64,000 bases of DNA, taken from assembly GCA_964519665.1 (NCBI GenBank), contig CAZFIV010000011.1, positions 35,234 through 99,233 on the forward strand. The letters are read 5' to 3'. A model generated the notes under the pieces. That model searched no databases, was not told the origin of the DNA, and was given only the letters and a program-made list of their open reading frames with translations. This DNA is from an uncultured Myxococcales bacterium (GTDB lineage Bacteria; Myxococcota; Kuafuiibacteriia; Kuafuiibacteriales; Kuafuiibacteriaceae). The first letter of the stretch is position 1; each line of letters starts with the position of its first letter. Below, piece after piece: positions 10,566 through 19,276 of this stretch. Made by a program: the position numbers and the translations under genes.

Positions 10566-11300
10566 ATGAGCGGGTCGAAGACCAACGACGATGCGTCTAA
10601 ATCGGTCACGGAAGACGATCTGGCTCGGCACGTCTCCAGCATCCGTCGATACCTCGCCGGCATCCTCCGGCCCGACGAAATCGAGGACGCGGCGCAAACG
10701 GTCCTGCAGCGAGCGCTGGAGAACCTCGGCCGTTATCGAGGCGACAGCTCGGCGCGGGTGTGGGTCTTGGGCATCGCTCGCAACGTGGGTCTCGAGATCG
10801 CGCGGGCTCGACAGCGGGAGATCACCCGAACGTGGGGCCCTCGACCGACAGATTCCGGCGATGAGCTGTCCACCGGAGATCTTCTTTCGATCGACGAGCC
10901 CAGCCAGGAGGAGCAGCTCGGCTCGAAGGAAGAGCAAGCTCTCTTGCTCATGGCCCTCGAGCGACTCCAGCTCGAGAGCCTCGACGATTACCTTTGTCTG
11001 GCGATGACGTACTTCGATAACCTCAAGGGCCCCGAGGTCGCCGAACATCTCGACATGAGCTTCGCCGCGTTTCGGCAGCGTTTGTCCCGGGCCCGCAAGG
11101 CGCTCAAGCGCGAGATGGCCAAACTTCGCGCCGCCGGCGAGGTCGGGGGGCCCGACACCTTGAAGCGATGGCTACCGGCCACCGATCCTCACGGGCGCGC
11201 CCGCGCGCTGGCCGCCGAACGAGCGGCGGCCGAAGGGCAGGACCGCACCGATGGGGTCCAGGACTCGGGACAGGCGCAGGACGCATCGAGCGAAGACTGA
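10566..11300 (+). CDS. ECF (sigma-70 family group IV) RNA polymerase sigma factor with a ~60 aa acidic C-terminal extension
   Basis: Region 2 (VLQRALENLGRY...VWVLGIARN) and region 4 (LDDYLCLAMTYFDNLKGPEVAEHLDMSFAAFRQRLSRARKALK) are present. The start was reset to the ATG at 10566 (MSGSKTNDD). It is divergent from atpF2 with a ~56 bp gap. Confidence 0.8.
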   Translation: MSGSKTNDDASKSVTEDDLARHVSSIRRYLAGILRPDEIEDAAQTVLQRALENLGRYRGDSSARVWVLGIARNVGLEIARARQREITRTWGPRPTDSGDELSTGDLLSIDEPSQEEQLGSKEEQALLLMALERLQLESLDDYLCLAMTYFDNLKGPEVAEHLDMSFAAFRQRLSRARKALKREMAKLRAAGEVGGPDTLKRWLPATDPHGRARALAAERAAAEGQDRTDGVQDSGQAQDASSED

Positions 11301-11471
11301 GCCGCGACTTCAAAAGGACATATGAGGGCGTGGATACAGCAGCTCATGTCCTTGATAAGTCTGTTTGGGTGCGGGATTTGCCTCAAGAAGCACCGGATTC
11401 TCGCGCCGCAACACGCCGCGGCGTGTTGGACTTGACCCCGCACCCGGTTGCGGTCGATACGCCAGGCGTTC

Positions 11472-12761
11472 ATGGGCACGGAAAGTCTCACCATCATCGA
11501 TAACCGAACCGGCAAGAGCTACGAGGTTCCGATCGAGCACGAAACGATCCGCGCCATGGATCTCCGGCAGATCAAGGTCGAGGAGACAGACTTCGGTTTG
11601 ATGACCTACGACCCGGCCTATACCAACACCGCCGCGTGCAAGAGCGCCATTACGTACATCGACGGAGCCAACGGGATCCTCAACTACCGCGGCTACCCGA
11701 TCGAGCAGCTGGCCGACAAGTCGTCCTTTCTCGAGGTTTCGTACCTGCTGATGTTCGGCGAGTTGCCGACGCAAGATCAGCGCGACGAATGGGTTCACTC
11801 GATCATGACCCACACCTTCGTCCACGAGAATGTGACGAAGTTTATGGATGGCTTTCGATACGACGCCCACCCGATGAGCCAGCTCATCTCGACGATCGCG
11901 GCCCTCTCATCCTTCTACCCGACCGCCAAGAACATCTATGACCCGGTGGAGCGCCGCCTGCACATGGTTCGCATGCTCGCCAAGATGCCCACGATCGCCG
12001 CGTGGTCGTATCGGCACTCGATGGGTTTTCCGCTGGTTTACCCCGACAACGACCTGAGCTACGCGGGCAACTTCCTATCGATGGTCAAGAAGATGTCGGA
12101 GGCGAAGTACAAGCCCCACCCGATCCTCGAGCGCGCGCTCGACGTGCTCTTCATCCTGCACGCGGACCACGAACAGAACTGCTCGACCAGCACGATGCGG
12201 GCCGTCGGTTCGTCGCAGGTCGACCCATACTCGGCGGTCGCGGCGGCGGCCAGCGCGCTGTACGGCCCGCTGCACGGCGGCGCCAACGAGGCTGTGCTCC
12301 GGATGCTCCGTGAGATCCGGTCGGTCGATCGCGTCCCCGAGGTCATCAAGCAGGTGAAGGCCGGTGAACGCCGGCTCATGGGCTTCGGTCACCGCGTTTA
12401 CAAGAGCTACGACCCCCGGGCGACGGCCATCAAGAAGCTCGCCGACCAGGTCTTCGAGATCACGGGCCGTAACCCGCTGCTCGACGTCGCTCTCGAGCTC
12501 GAGCGGATCGCGCTGGAAGACGAGTACTTCGTGAACCGCAAGCTCTACCCCAACGTCGACTTCTACTCGGGTCTTATCTACGACGCGATGGGCTTTCCGA
12601 CCGCGATGTTCACCGTCTTGTTTGCGATTCCGCGGTGTGCGGGGTGGCTGGCGCAATGGAATGAGCTGGTCGACGATAAAGAACAACGCATAGCTCGACC
12701 TCGTCAGATCTACACCGGGTCGAACCGCCGCGACTACGTCCCGATCCTCAGCCGAAGCTGA
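11472..12761 (+). CDS. gltA: Citrate synthase (type II)
   Basis: Full-length citrate synthase with catalytic His/Asp motifs (GFGHRVYKSYDPRA; LYPNVDFYSG). The start was set to MGTESLTIIDN. Confidence 0.95.
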   Translation: MGTESLTIIDNRTGKSYEVPIEHETIRAMDLRQIKVEETDFGLMTYDPAYTNTAACKSAITYIDGANGILNYRGYPIEQLADKSSFLEVSYLLMFGELPTQDQRDEWVHSIMTHTFVHENVTKFMDGFRYDAHPMSQLISTIAALSSFYPTAKNIYDPVERRLHMVRMLAKMPTIAAWSYRHSMGFPLVYPDNDLSYAGNFLSMVKKMSEAKYKPHPILERALDVLFILHADHEQNCSTSTMRAVGSSQVDPYSAVAAAASALYGPLHGGANEAVLRMLREIRSVDRVPEVIKQVKAGERRLMGFGHRVYKSYDPRATAIKKLADQVFEITGRNPLLDVALELERIALEDEYFVNRKLYPNVDFYSGLIYDAMGFPTAMFTVLFAIPRCAGWLAQWNELVDDKEQRIARPRQIYTGSNRRDYVPILSRS

Positions 12762-12818
12762 GTGGCGATTTCGGCCCACCGCCGACGGTGCCGACCGTGC
12801 CCGGACGAAAGGTGGGCA

Positions 12819-13829
12819 ATGCGGGCGGCCCTTCCCATGCGTGTCGAAGTCATCAAGGTCGAATCCGAGGCGCTGCGAGGTAACCCTCTCGGCGACCCCC
12901 ATGTGCGGACGCTGCACGTTGTCGTGCCCGATGACGTCGACGATCATCAGGAACTTCCCTGCGTATGGTGGCTGGCCGGGTACAGCGGTGTCGGGCGAGC
13001 GATGCTCCAGCACGACCCCTGGCAGGAAGGTTTGGTCGAGCGGCTCGACCGCCTCCTCGCCGAGGGACGGATCGGGCCGATGATCGTGGCGCTGCCCGAC
13101 GTATTCAATCGCTTCGGCGGCTGTCAGTACCTCGGCTCTGAGGCGGTGGGCGACTATCAGACCTATCTCATCGATGAGCTCAGGACGGCTGTCGAGGCAC
13201 GGTGGTCAGTGGGGCGTCACGCGCTGGCCGGCAAGTCGTCGGGCGGGTACGGGGCGTTGGTCAACGTCATGCAGTACCCGGACCGGTTCGCGGCCGTCGC
13301 CTGCCACTCTGGCGACATGCACTTTCGATTGTCGCTGTGGCCTCAGCTCCAAGACCTGATGGATGCCGTCCGCGATCACGGGGGAGTCGCACGAATGGTC
13401 GAAAAATTCGAGCGAAGTCGAAAGAAGCGGGAACGCAAGTGGTTCGGGGCGATCAGCATGCTCGCGATGGCCTCGGTCTTCAGCCCCGATCCGAGAGCGC
13501 CGCTCGGCATCGGTCTGCCGTTCGACGTCGAAACCGGAGTTCTCGACGATGCTGTGCTGGAGCGATGGTCACGGTTCGATCCACTGGTGATGATCGATCA
13601 GCCGGACGCGCTCGCGGCGCTGCGACAGATGCGGTTGGTGTTCATCGACTGCGGGCGACGGGACGAACACGGCCTGTATTGGGGCGCCCTCGCGTTCAGT
13701 CATAAGCTCACCAAGGCGGGGGTTCCGCATGTCTTCGAGGCGTTCGACGACGGGCACCGAGGTACCAGCTATCGGCTCGACGAGTCTCTGCCTCGGCTAT
13801 ACGCGGCGTTGACCGAAAAAATCGCCTAG
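12819..13829 (+). CDS. Putative esterase family alpha/beta hydrolase (esterase D / enterochelin-esterase-like)
   Basis: GKSSGG nucleophile elbow (GxSxG), downstream Asp/His region, and PF00756-like organisation. The start was set to the internal ATG (MRAALPMRVEV), because the track ORF begins with GTG at the gltA stop. Confidence 0.75.
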   Translation: MRAALPMRVEVIKVESEALRGNPLGDPHVRTLHVVVPDDVDDHQELPCVWWLAGYSGVGRAMLQHDPWQEGLVERLDRLLAEGRIGPMIVALPDVFNRFGGCQYLGSEAVGDYQTYLIDELRTAVEARWSVGRHALAGKSSGGYGALVNVMQYPDRFAAVACHSGDMHFRLSLWPQLQDLMDAVRDHGGVARMVEKFERSRKKRERKWFGAISMLAMASVFSPDPRAPLGIGLPFDVETGVLDDAVLERWSRFDPLVMIDQPDALAALRQMRLVFIDCGRRDEHGLYWGALAFSHKLTKAGVPHVFEAFDDGHRGTSYRLDESLPRLYAALTEKIA

Positions 13830-14024
13830 TCTCCCGCCCGGGATGGACAGCTCGTTGTCGCGGGCCCGCTTCACCGGTGCTCGCCGCGCGGCCTTCGGCC
13901 ACCCTCGCGGGCTCCTCGGTGACGAGGGGTCACCCTGCTCCTTGCGGAGCGCAGCGAGCACCGGCGAAGATGACTCTACGAATTCCCACCCGTACTTCCC
14001 GGGGGGGACACTAGATGTGGACCT

Positions 14025-14786
14025 ATGAGTCATCCGCTCTTCCGACTGTTCGAGATGGTCGACCGCCTGGGACCGGGATCCCCTGGAGACACGATTCGGG
14101 CGTGGTCGGCGCTGGCGCCTCCCCCGAAGGCACGGGTGGTCGAGATGGGGGCTGGCGCCGGAGCGGCCACCCGGGTGTTGCTCGCGCACACCGACGCGGT
14201 GATGACGGCCATCGACCAGCACGGACCGTTCCTGGAGCGGCTCTTCGCGTGGGCGCGGGCTCAGGGCGTGTCGGACCGCCTGGATACGGTGGTCGCCGAT
14301 ATGGCTTCGCCGCCCGTCGAACCGGCGAGCGTGGACGTCGTGTGGTCCGAAGGAGCGGCCTACGCGATCGGATTCGAGCGGGCCCTGAAGACCTGGCGAC
14401 CCCTGCTCGTCGAAGATGGTTCGCTGGCGCTCAGCGAGCTCGTATGGCGGACCGAGTGCCCCCCCGAGGCCGCGCGAACATTCTTTGCCGACGAGTATCC
14501 CGCCATGACCCACCCGAAGCAGTGCGTAGCGGTCGCGAGGCGCTGCGGTTATCGGGTCGTCGATGACTTCTTCGTGTCGGCCGAGGGGTGGGAATCCTAT
14601 TACACCCCGTTGCTGTCGCAGGTCGACCGATTCGAGGCCGCCGCGGCCGAAGAGCCGGGGGTGGCGGAGGTCGTCGCCGCCATTCGCGCCGAGGGGCAGG
14701 TGTATCGCGATTATGGCGACAGCTTCGGCTACCTCTTCCTCGCGCTCAAGAAGGCGCCGTCTGACGCAGGAAAGCTTGCAAGATGA
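14025..14786 (+). CDS. Class I SAM-dependent methyltransferase
   Basis: Motif I VVEMGAGAGAATRVL and a post-I acidic residue. 253 aa. Convergent with cheX. Confidence 0.75.
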   Translation: MSHPLFRLFEMVDRLGPGSPGDTIRAWSALAPPPKARVVEMGAGAGAATRVLLAHTDAVMTAIDQHGPFLERLFAWARAQGVSDRLDTVVADMASPPVEPASVDVVWSEGAAYAIGFERALKTWRPLLVEDGSLALSELVWRTECPPEAARTFFADEYPAMTHPKQCVAVARRCGYRVVDDFFVSAEGWESYYTPLLSQVDRFEAAAAEEPGVAEVVAAIRAEGQVYRDYGDSFGYLFLALKKAPSDAGKLAR

Positions 14787-14943
14787 CCGCGAACCCGGCC
14801 GGGACCTCGCTCATCGGAGAGTGACCGGACCCTTCGAGCGTTTCGATTCGGACATTGGCGTCCCATCGTCTGCTCGTACGGGCATGGGCGTCGGCCTTGA
14901 AGGGTGCGATGTCGAAAGCGCTGGCCGGAGGATGTCTGCACCG

Positions 14944-15390
14944 TCACCGGGAAGGGGCGTCGTATACGAGGACTTCGAACGGCGCGCCCTGGTGCTCGAA
15001 AGCCAAGCGACACGCGGCGGGATCTCGGGCGGCGCGAAACGCGCTCGCCGGAGTGACTTCGGGCAGGCCGAGCCGTGTAGGCTGGTCGACCATACACTTG
15101 ATGTTGCCGCCGATTATATGGGTGAGTTCTCGAGCGGTATCTTCCATTTCACTGGTCGAGACCTCTTGCGCCTCCATGCCGAACATCGTCGCCGCTGCGC
15201 GTCGCACCAGCGAAGGGTGCATCTGCAACGCGACGGTGGCCGAGTACGCGCCGGATAGCTCTACGAGGGCGAATACTGGGCCCTCTTGAAGGTGATCGTC
15301 AGTCACGGGGGCGCGGGCGATCTCGGTGCCCATGATCACCTGCCAGACCTGTTGAGCGATAAGTTCTAGTTCGTCGGCGTTGATCGTCAT
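14944..15390 (-). CDS. cheX: CheX-like chemotaxis phosphatase (CheC/CheX/FliY family)
   Basis: 148 aa. The C-terminal TARELTHIIGGNIK resembles the CheX E..N active-site helix. It is the last gene of the che operon, 16 nt after cheR. Confidence 0.65.
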   Translation of the reverse strand: MTINADELELIAQQVWQVIMGTEIARAPVTDDHLQEGPVFALVELSGAYSATVALQMHPSLVRRAAATMFGMEAQEVSTSEMEDTARELTHIIGGNIKCMVDQPTRLGLPEVTPASAFRAARDPAACRLAFEHQGAPFEVLVYDAPSR

Positions 15391-15406
15391 CTCGTCTCCG
15401 TGTTCG

Positions 15407-16234
15407 TCAAGGCCTCAGGCGGTAGCAGCTCGCGTTGGCGAAGGGGACCCTCTCAAAGCTATCGTCCACTCCTAGGGTGGTTTCCGCGCCACCCAAGAAC
15501 AGGAAACCTCCCGGCCGAAGCACGCGCTTGAGCTTGGTGAGGATCTGGCGCTTGGTCGCGATATTGAAGTATATCAAGACATTGCGCATGAACACGACGT
15601 CGAGCGCGGGAAGGCTCGGCCACGGCTGGATGAGGTTGAGCTCTCGAATAGAGAGTAGGTCGCGCAACTCGCTCCGGACTTGCCATTTGATACCTCCGCG
15701 CTCGAAATACTTGACGAGCATTCGGGCGGGCAGGCCCCGATTGACCTCGACTTGGCTGTATTCACCAATCCGAGTGCGTTCGCACATTTCCGACGAGATA
15801 TCGGTGGCGTGGAACTTGATGTCCCAGTCATTGAGGTCCGGAAATCCCTCCTTGAGTTCAATGAGTATGCTATAGGGCTCCTGGCCGCTGGCGCAAGCGG
15901 CCGACCACAGATTCAGGCTCCGTCGCCGGCTGCTCGCCTTGATAACTTCAGGCAGTACGACTTGCCGAAGCGCCCTGAAGGGAGCGACGTCTCTAAAGAA
16001 GCTCGTTTCGTTGGTCGTCATGGCTTCAACGACGCTCTTCACGAGCTGGCTATACGGAGACTGTTGCCGCAACATCTGCACCATCTCCCCCAGCGAGCCA
16101 AAGCCTTCGCGTTCGGCCAGCGGGGTAAGACGGGCCGTGACAAGATAGCTCTTCGAGTCCTCGAGGACGATGGCCGCCTGCTCGTGAACGAGCCGGCGGA
16201 TATATTCAAAGTCGGCCTCGCGGGAGTTTAGCAC
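15407..16234 (-). CDS. cheR: Chemotaxis protein methyltransferase CheR
   Basis: 275 aa. N-terminal CheR helical domain plus a SAM-binding domain (RSLNLWSAACASGQEPYS; VVFMRNVLIYFN). Confidence 0.9.
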   Translation of the reverse strand: MLNSREADFEYIRRLVHEQAAIVLEDSKSYLVTARLTPLAEREGFGSLGEMVQMLRQQSPYSQLVKSVVEAMTTNETSFFRDVAPFRALRQVVLPEVIKASSRRRSLNLWSAACASGQEPYSILIELKEGFPDLNDWDIKFHATDISSEMCERTRIGEYSQVEVNRGLPARMLVKYFERGGIKWQVRSELRDLLSIRELNLIQPWPSLPALDVVFMRNVLIYFNIATKRQILTKLKRVLRPGGFLFLGGAETTLGVDDSFERVPFANASCYRLRP

Positions 16235-17313
16235 GGTGGTACCTCTTTACCCTCCCTGAAGTGGGCCGGCCGAAGAACGCGGTCGTTGATCCGGTCGCTG
16301 AGTTGCTCGAGCCCAATGACGTCGTGGGCGAGATTCGCCCGCGCGACGTAGCCCGGCATGCCCCATACGATGCTGGTTTCTTCGTCCTGGCATACGATTT
16401 GAGCGCCGGTCTCGTAGAGTTGGCGGCAGCCTTCCAGGCCGTCGCGGCCCATGCCGGTCAAGACGACGGCCAGAGTACGGTGACCGAAAACGGCCGCCGC
16501 CGACCGGAACAAGACGTCGGCCGCCGGGCGACACGAGTTTTCAGGAGGTGCCTGAGTGAGGCGCGTAACGACGCCACGGTCGCGTCGCTCGACCATCAAA
16601 TGGAAATCACCGGGCGCCACGTACACGCGACCGGCGCGCAGCGGTTCGCCGTCGACCGCTTCTCGGACGTCCAGGTCGGAGAGGTGGTGCAGGCGCTCGG
16701 CCAACAATCGAGTAAAGATCGGCGGCATGTGCTGAACGACCAACACCGGGACCGGAAACGGGCTCTTGAGGTCAGCGACGACCCTGGCGAGCGCATTCGG
16801 TCCGCCGGTCGACGCGCCGACGACCACGACGCTCGGCGTTTCGGCGCTGCGACGGATCCGAGGCCAGACCACGGGCGTCGGAACGATGTCGATCGTCGGC
16901 GGCGCTCCCTTGGCTTTGCACAGGGCGCGAATCTTCGGAAAGAGGTCCACTCCGAGCTGTTGCTGCATCGAGCCGCCGTTCGCGGTCGGTTTCGTCGCGT
17001 AGTCGTTGGCGCCGAGCGACAACGCGTCGAGCGTGATTTTTGCGCCACGACCGGTCAGGGCGCTGAACATGATGACCGGCAGTGACGGGTATTCAGCGCG
17101 AATTGCGGACAGCGTCTCGAGGCCGTCCATCTCGGGCATTTCGACGTCGAGCAGGACGACGTCAGGTTGAACGCGGGGGAGCTTGGCGAGCGCGATACGC
17201 CCATTGGCGGCGAGGGCGGCCACCTCGATGTCGTCCGTGGATTTGATGGCCTCCGAGATGGCGCGGCGGGCCACCACGGAATCGTCGATGATCATGACTT
17301 TACGCTTGAGCAC
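16228..17313 (-). CDS. cheB: Protein-glutamate methylesterase CheB (receiver + methylesterase domains)
   Basis: N-terminal REC domain (VMIIDDSVVARRAI...VVLLDVEMPEMDGLE) and C-terminal CheB catalytic domain (VVVGASTGGPNAL...VVQHMPPIFT). Confidence 0.9.
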   Translation of the reverse strand: MLKRKVMIIDDSVVARRAISEAIKSTDDIEVAALAANGRIALAKLPRVQPDVVLLDVEMPEMDGLETLSAIRAEYPSLPVIMFSALTGRGAKITLDALSLGANDYATKPTANGGSMQQQLGVDLFPKIRALCKAKGAPPTIDIVPTPVVWPRIRRSAETPSVVVVGASTGGPNALARVVADLKSPFPVPVLVVQHMPPIFTRLLAERLHHLSDLDVREAVDGEPLRAGRVYVAPGDFHLMVERRDRGVVTRLTQAPPENSCRPAADVLFRSAAAVFGHRTLAVVLTGMGRDGLEGCRQLYETGAQIVCQDEETSIVWGMPGYVARANLAHDVIGLEQLSDRINDRVLRPAHFREGKEVPPC

Positions 17314-17690
17314 TATGGGCTCCTGCGAAGTCCGAGGAGGCCAAGCTTGGAGATGAGTTCCGTCCGGGTAAAGGGCTTCATGACGTACTCATCCGCGCCG
17401 GCGTTGAGCGCCTTCTCCATGAACTCGGTGCCGGTTTCGGTGGTAACCATCATGAGCGGTAAGTCGTCCAGCTCTGGCTTGGACCGGACGGCTTGCACGA
17501 ACTCGAAGCCATTCATGATAGGCATATTCCAATCGACGAGCGCGATGTCCATCGCTCCTGAGGCCTCCCCGAGACACCTGAGGCCCACGGAGCCGTTCTC
17601 GGCCTCGGTGACCTCGAAGCCGATCTCTTTCAATATTCTGCCGATCATACGGCGCATTGCGCTCGAATCGTCGATTACTAGAGCTCGCAC
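17313..17690 (-). CDS. cheY: CheY-like single-domain response regulator
   Basis: 125 aa REC domain with the DD pair, phospho-acceptor D (ALVDWNMP), T and K (YVMKP). Confidence 0.9.
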   Translation of the reverse strand: MRALVIDDSSAMRRMIGRILKEIGFEVTEAENGSVGLRCLGEASGAMDIALVDWNMPIMNGFEFVQAVRSKPELDDLPLMMVTTETGTEFMEKALNAGADEYVMKPFTRTELISKLGLLGLRRSP

Positions 17691-17733
17691 GGGATCCCTC
17701 TACGCGTCTATGGACGGTCGAACCAGTGGGGCC

Positions 17734-18768
17734 TCAACCACCGAGTTCGTGCACGAGTCGGTCGACGTCGCTACGAACCCGGGACAGCTCCGAGACCGTA
17801 TTTCGCGCCTTCGCGGTAGCCTTCGACGTGCTCTCGGCGGCCTGAGCCACGGCGGTGATGTTCTGGGCAATCTCGTTGGAGCCTTTGGCCGCCTCACCGA
17901 CGCTGCGAGAGATCTCGTTGGTCGTCGCGGTTTGTTCCTCGACGGCGCTCGCGATCGAATTCTGAAAGTCGTTGATCTGGTTGATGATGCTGCCGATCTC
18001 TTGAATGGCGTCCACCGCGCTTCGGGTGTCGTTCTGGATCGCTTCAATTTTCCGAGAAATGTCTTCGGTCGCCTTCGCGGTCTCTTTCGCGAGCTCTTTG
18101 ACCTCGTTCGCGACGACGGCGAATCCTTTGCCTGCTTCACCGGCTCGGGCTGCTTCGATCGTCGCGTTGAGGGCCAAAAGATTGGTTTGCTGGGCGATGC
18201 TGGTGATCACTTTGATCACCTTTCCGATCTCGATGCTGCTGTCGCCGAGCTTGTTGATCGTCTCGTTGGTGCTCTTGGCCATCGAGACGGCATGGGTCGC
18301 CACTCGAGCGGCATCCGACGCATTCTTCGCGATCTCCCGGACGCCGATGGCCATTTCCTCGGCCGCGGTGGCTACCGTCTGAACGTTCTTGGATACCTGG
18401 TCGGCCGCGGCGGCGACCACGCTCGCTTGGGCCGAAGTCTCTTCGGCATTGGCCCCCATCTCCTGGGTGGACGCGTCGAGCCCATCGCCACAGACGGTCA
18501 GGGTGCGACTGACGCCGCCGAGACTCTCGGCGGCTTGGTGCTTGCTGCCGGCGAGGTCTCGAATGGCCTTGGCGAGCCGAGCGATACGGTCGGAGCCCGA
18601 GGTGTCGATATGGTGGTTCAGGTCGCCAGCGTTGAACGCGGTGACCGCGCTGATGAGTGCCTGCAGTCGATCCTCTTCGCCTTGGTCCGAGTCCGAAAGG
18701 CCGAAGGGCGGTTGACCGGGGGGGGCTGGAATCGGGTTGCCGTTGTCTGTCGTGGACATTGGGGTCAT
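17734..18768 (-). CDS. Soluble (no TM segment) methyl-accepting chemotaxis protein, signalling domain only
   Basis: 344 aa with a canonical MCP signalling-domain hairpin ([34 protein letters not shown]) and methylation-region heptads. No hydrophobic segment, so it is cytoplasmic. Confidence 0.85.
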   Translation of the reverse strand: MTPMSTTDNGNPIPAPPGQPPFGLSDSDQGEEDRLQALISAVTAFNAGDLNHHIDTSGSDRIARLAKAIRDLAGSKHQAAESLGGVSRTLTVCGDGLDASTQEMGANAEETSAQASVVAAAADQVSKNVQTVATAAEEMAIGVREIAKNASDAARVATHAVSMAKSTNETINKLGDSSIEIGKVIKVITSIAQQTNLLALNATIEAARAGEAGKGFAVVANEVKELAKETAKATEDISRKIEAIQNDTRSAVDAIQEIGSIINQINDFQNSIASAVEEQTATTNEISRSVGEAAKGSNEIAQNITAVAQAAESTSKATAKARNTVSELSRVRSDVDRLVHELGG

Positions 18769-18836
18769 CTTTCTTCGCCGTACGTCGGAGGGTTAGCGGA
18801 TCTGCGGGCCGAAGCCTGGGTGATGGGTTCGCTGGC

Positions 18837-19274
18837 TCATCGCGTCCCATCCATATCGAGGGTGCGGTCAGTATCTAAGACCAGCAACAAGCTGTCCTGA
18901 AACTTGTAGACACCCCGGAAGAGCTCTCGTCGGGGACCGGTAAGGGTCTGGGGTGGCCGCTCGAAGCGTTCCGCCGTCGTCTCCATGACATCGCCAATCT
19001 CGTCGACGAGCAGGCTCACCGCCCCGTCGTCGGAGCGAACGACGACGTTCATCGGGTTCTTGTCGGGCGACCGAGGGGGCATGGAGAGGCGTTTCCGCAG
19101 ATCGATAGCAGTGACAATCTGGCCGCGCAGATTGATCAGGCCGCTGACGACGTCCGATGCCAAGGGTACCCGGGTCATGGTTTGATAGCGCAGGACTTCC
19201 TGCACCTTCAGGACTTCGATGCCGAGGTGGATTCCGTGCACGTAAAAGGTGCAGTATTGCTGAGTTTCGGCCAT
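18837..19274 (-). CDS. cheW: Chemotaxis coupling protein CheW
   Basis: 145 aa CheW domain (YCTFYVHGIHLGIEVLKVQEV...LINLRGQIVTAIDLR). Confidence 0.9.
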   Translation of the reverse strand: MAETQQYCTFYVHGIHLGIEVLKVQEVLRYQTMTRVPLASDVVSGLINLRGQIVTAIDLRKRLSMPPRSPDKNPMNVVVRSDDGAVSLLVDEIGDVMETTAERFERPPQTLTGPRRELFRGVYKFQDSLLLVLDTDRTLDMDGTR

Positions 19275-19276
19275 TT

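Noticed and set aside
17167-18900. 577-aa plus-strand ORF (and similar long ORFs at 19745..20851, 12075..13013, 35433..36449, 48460..49707, 49728..51323, 60423..61943, 25673..26893, 13797..14513, 44389..45099)
   Set aside because: All lie antisense to strongly supported genes (che genes, gltA/esterase, DUF885, gspE, gspD, lpd, pmbA, the methyltransferase, gspI). Their translations are Arg/Gly/Asp/His-rich and low-complexity with no motifs. They are typical high-GC shadow frames.
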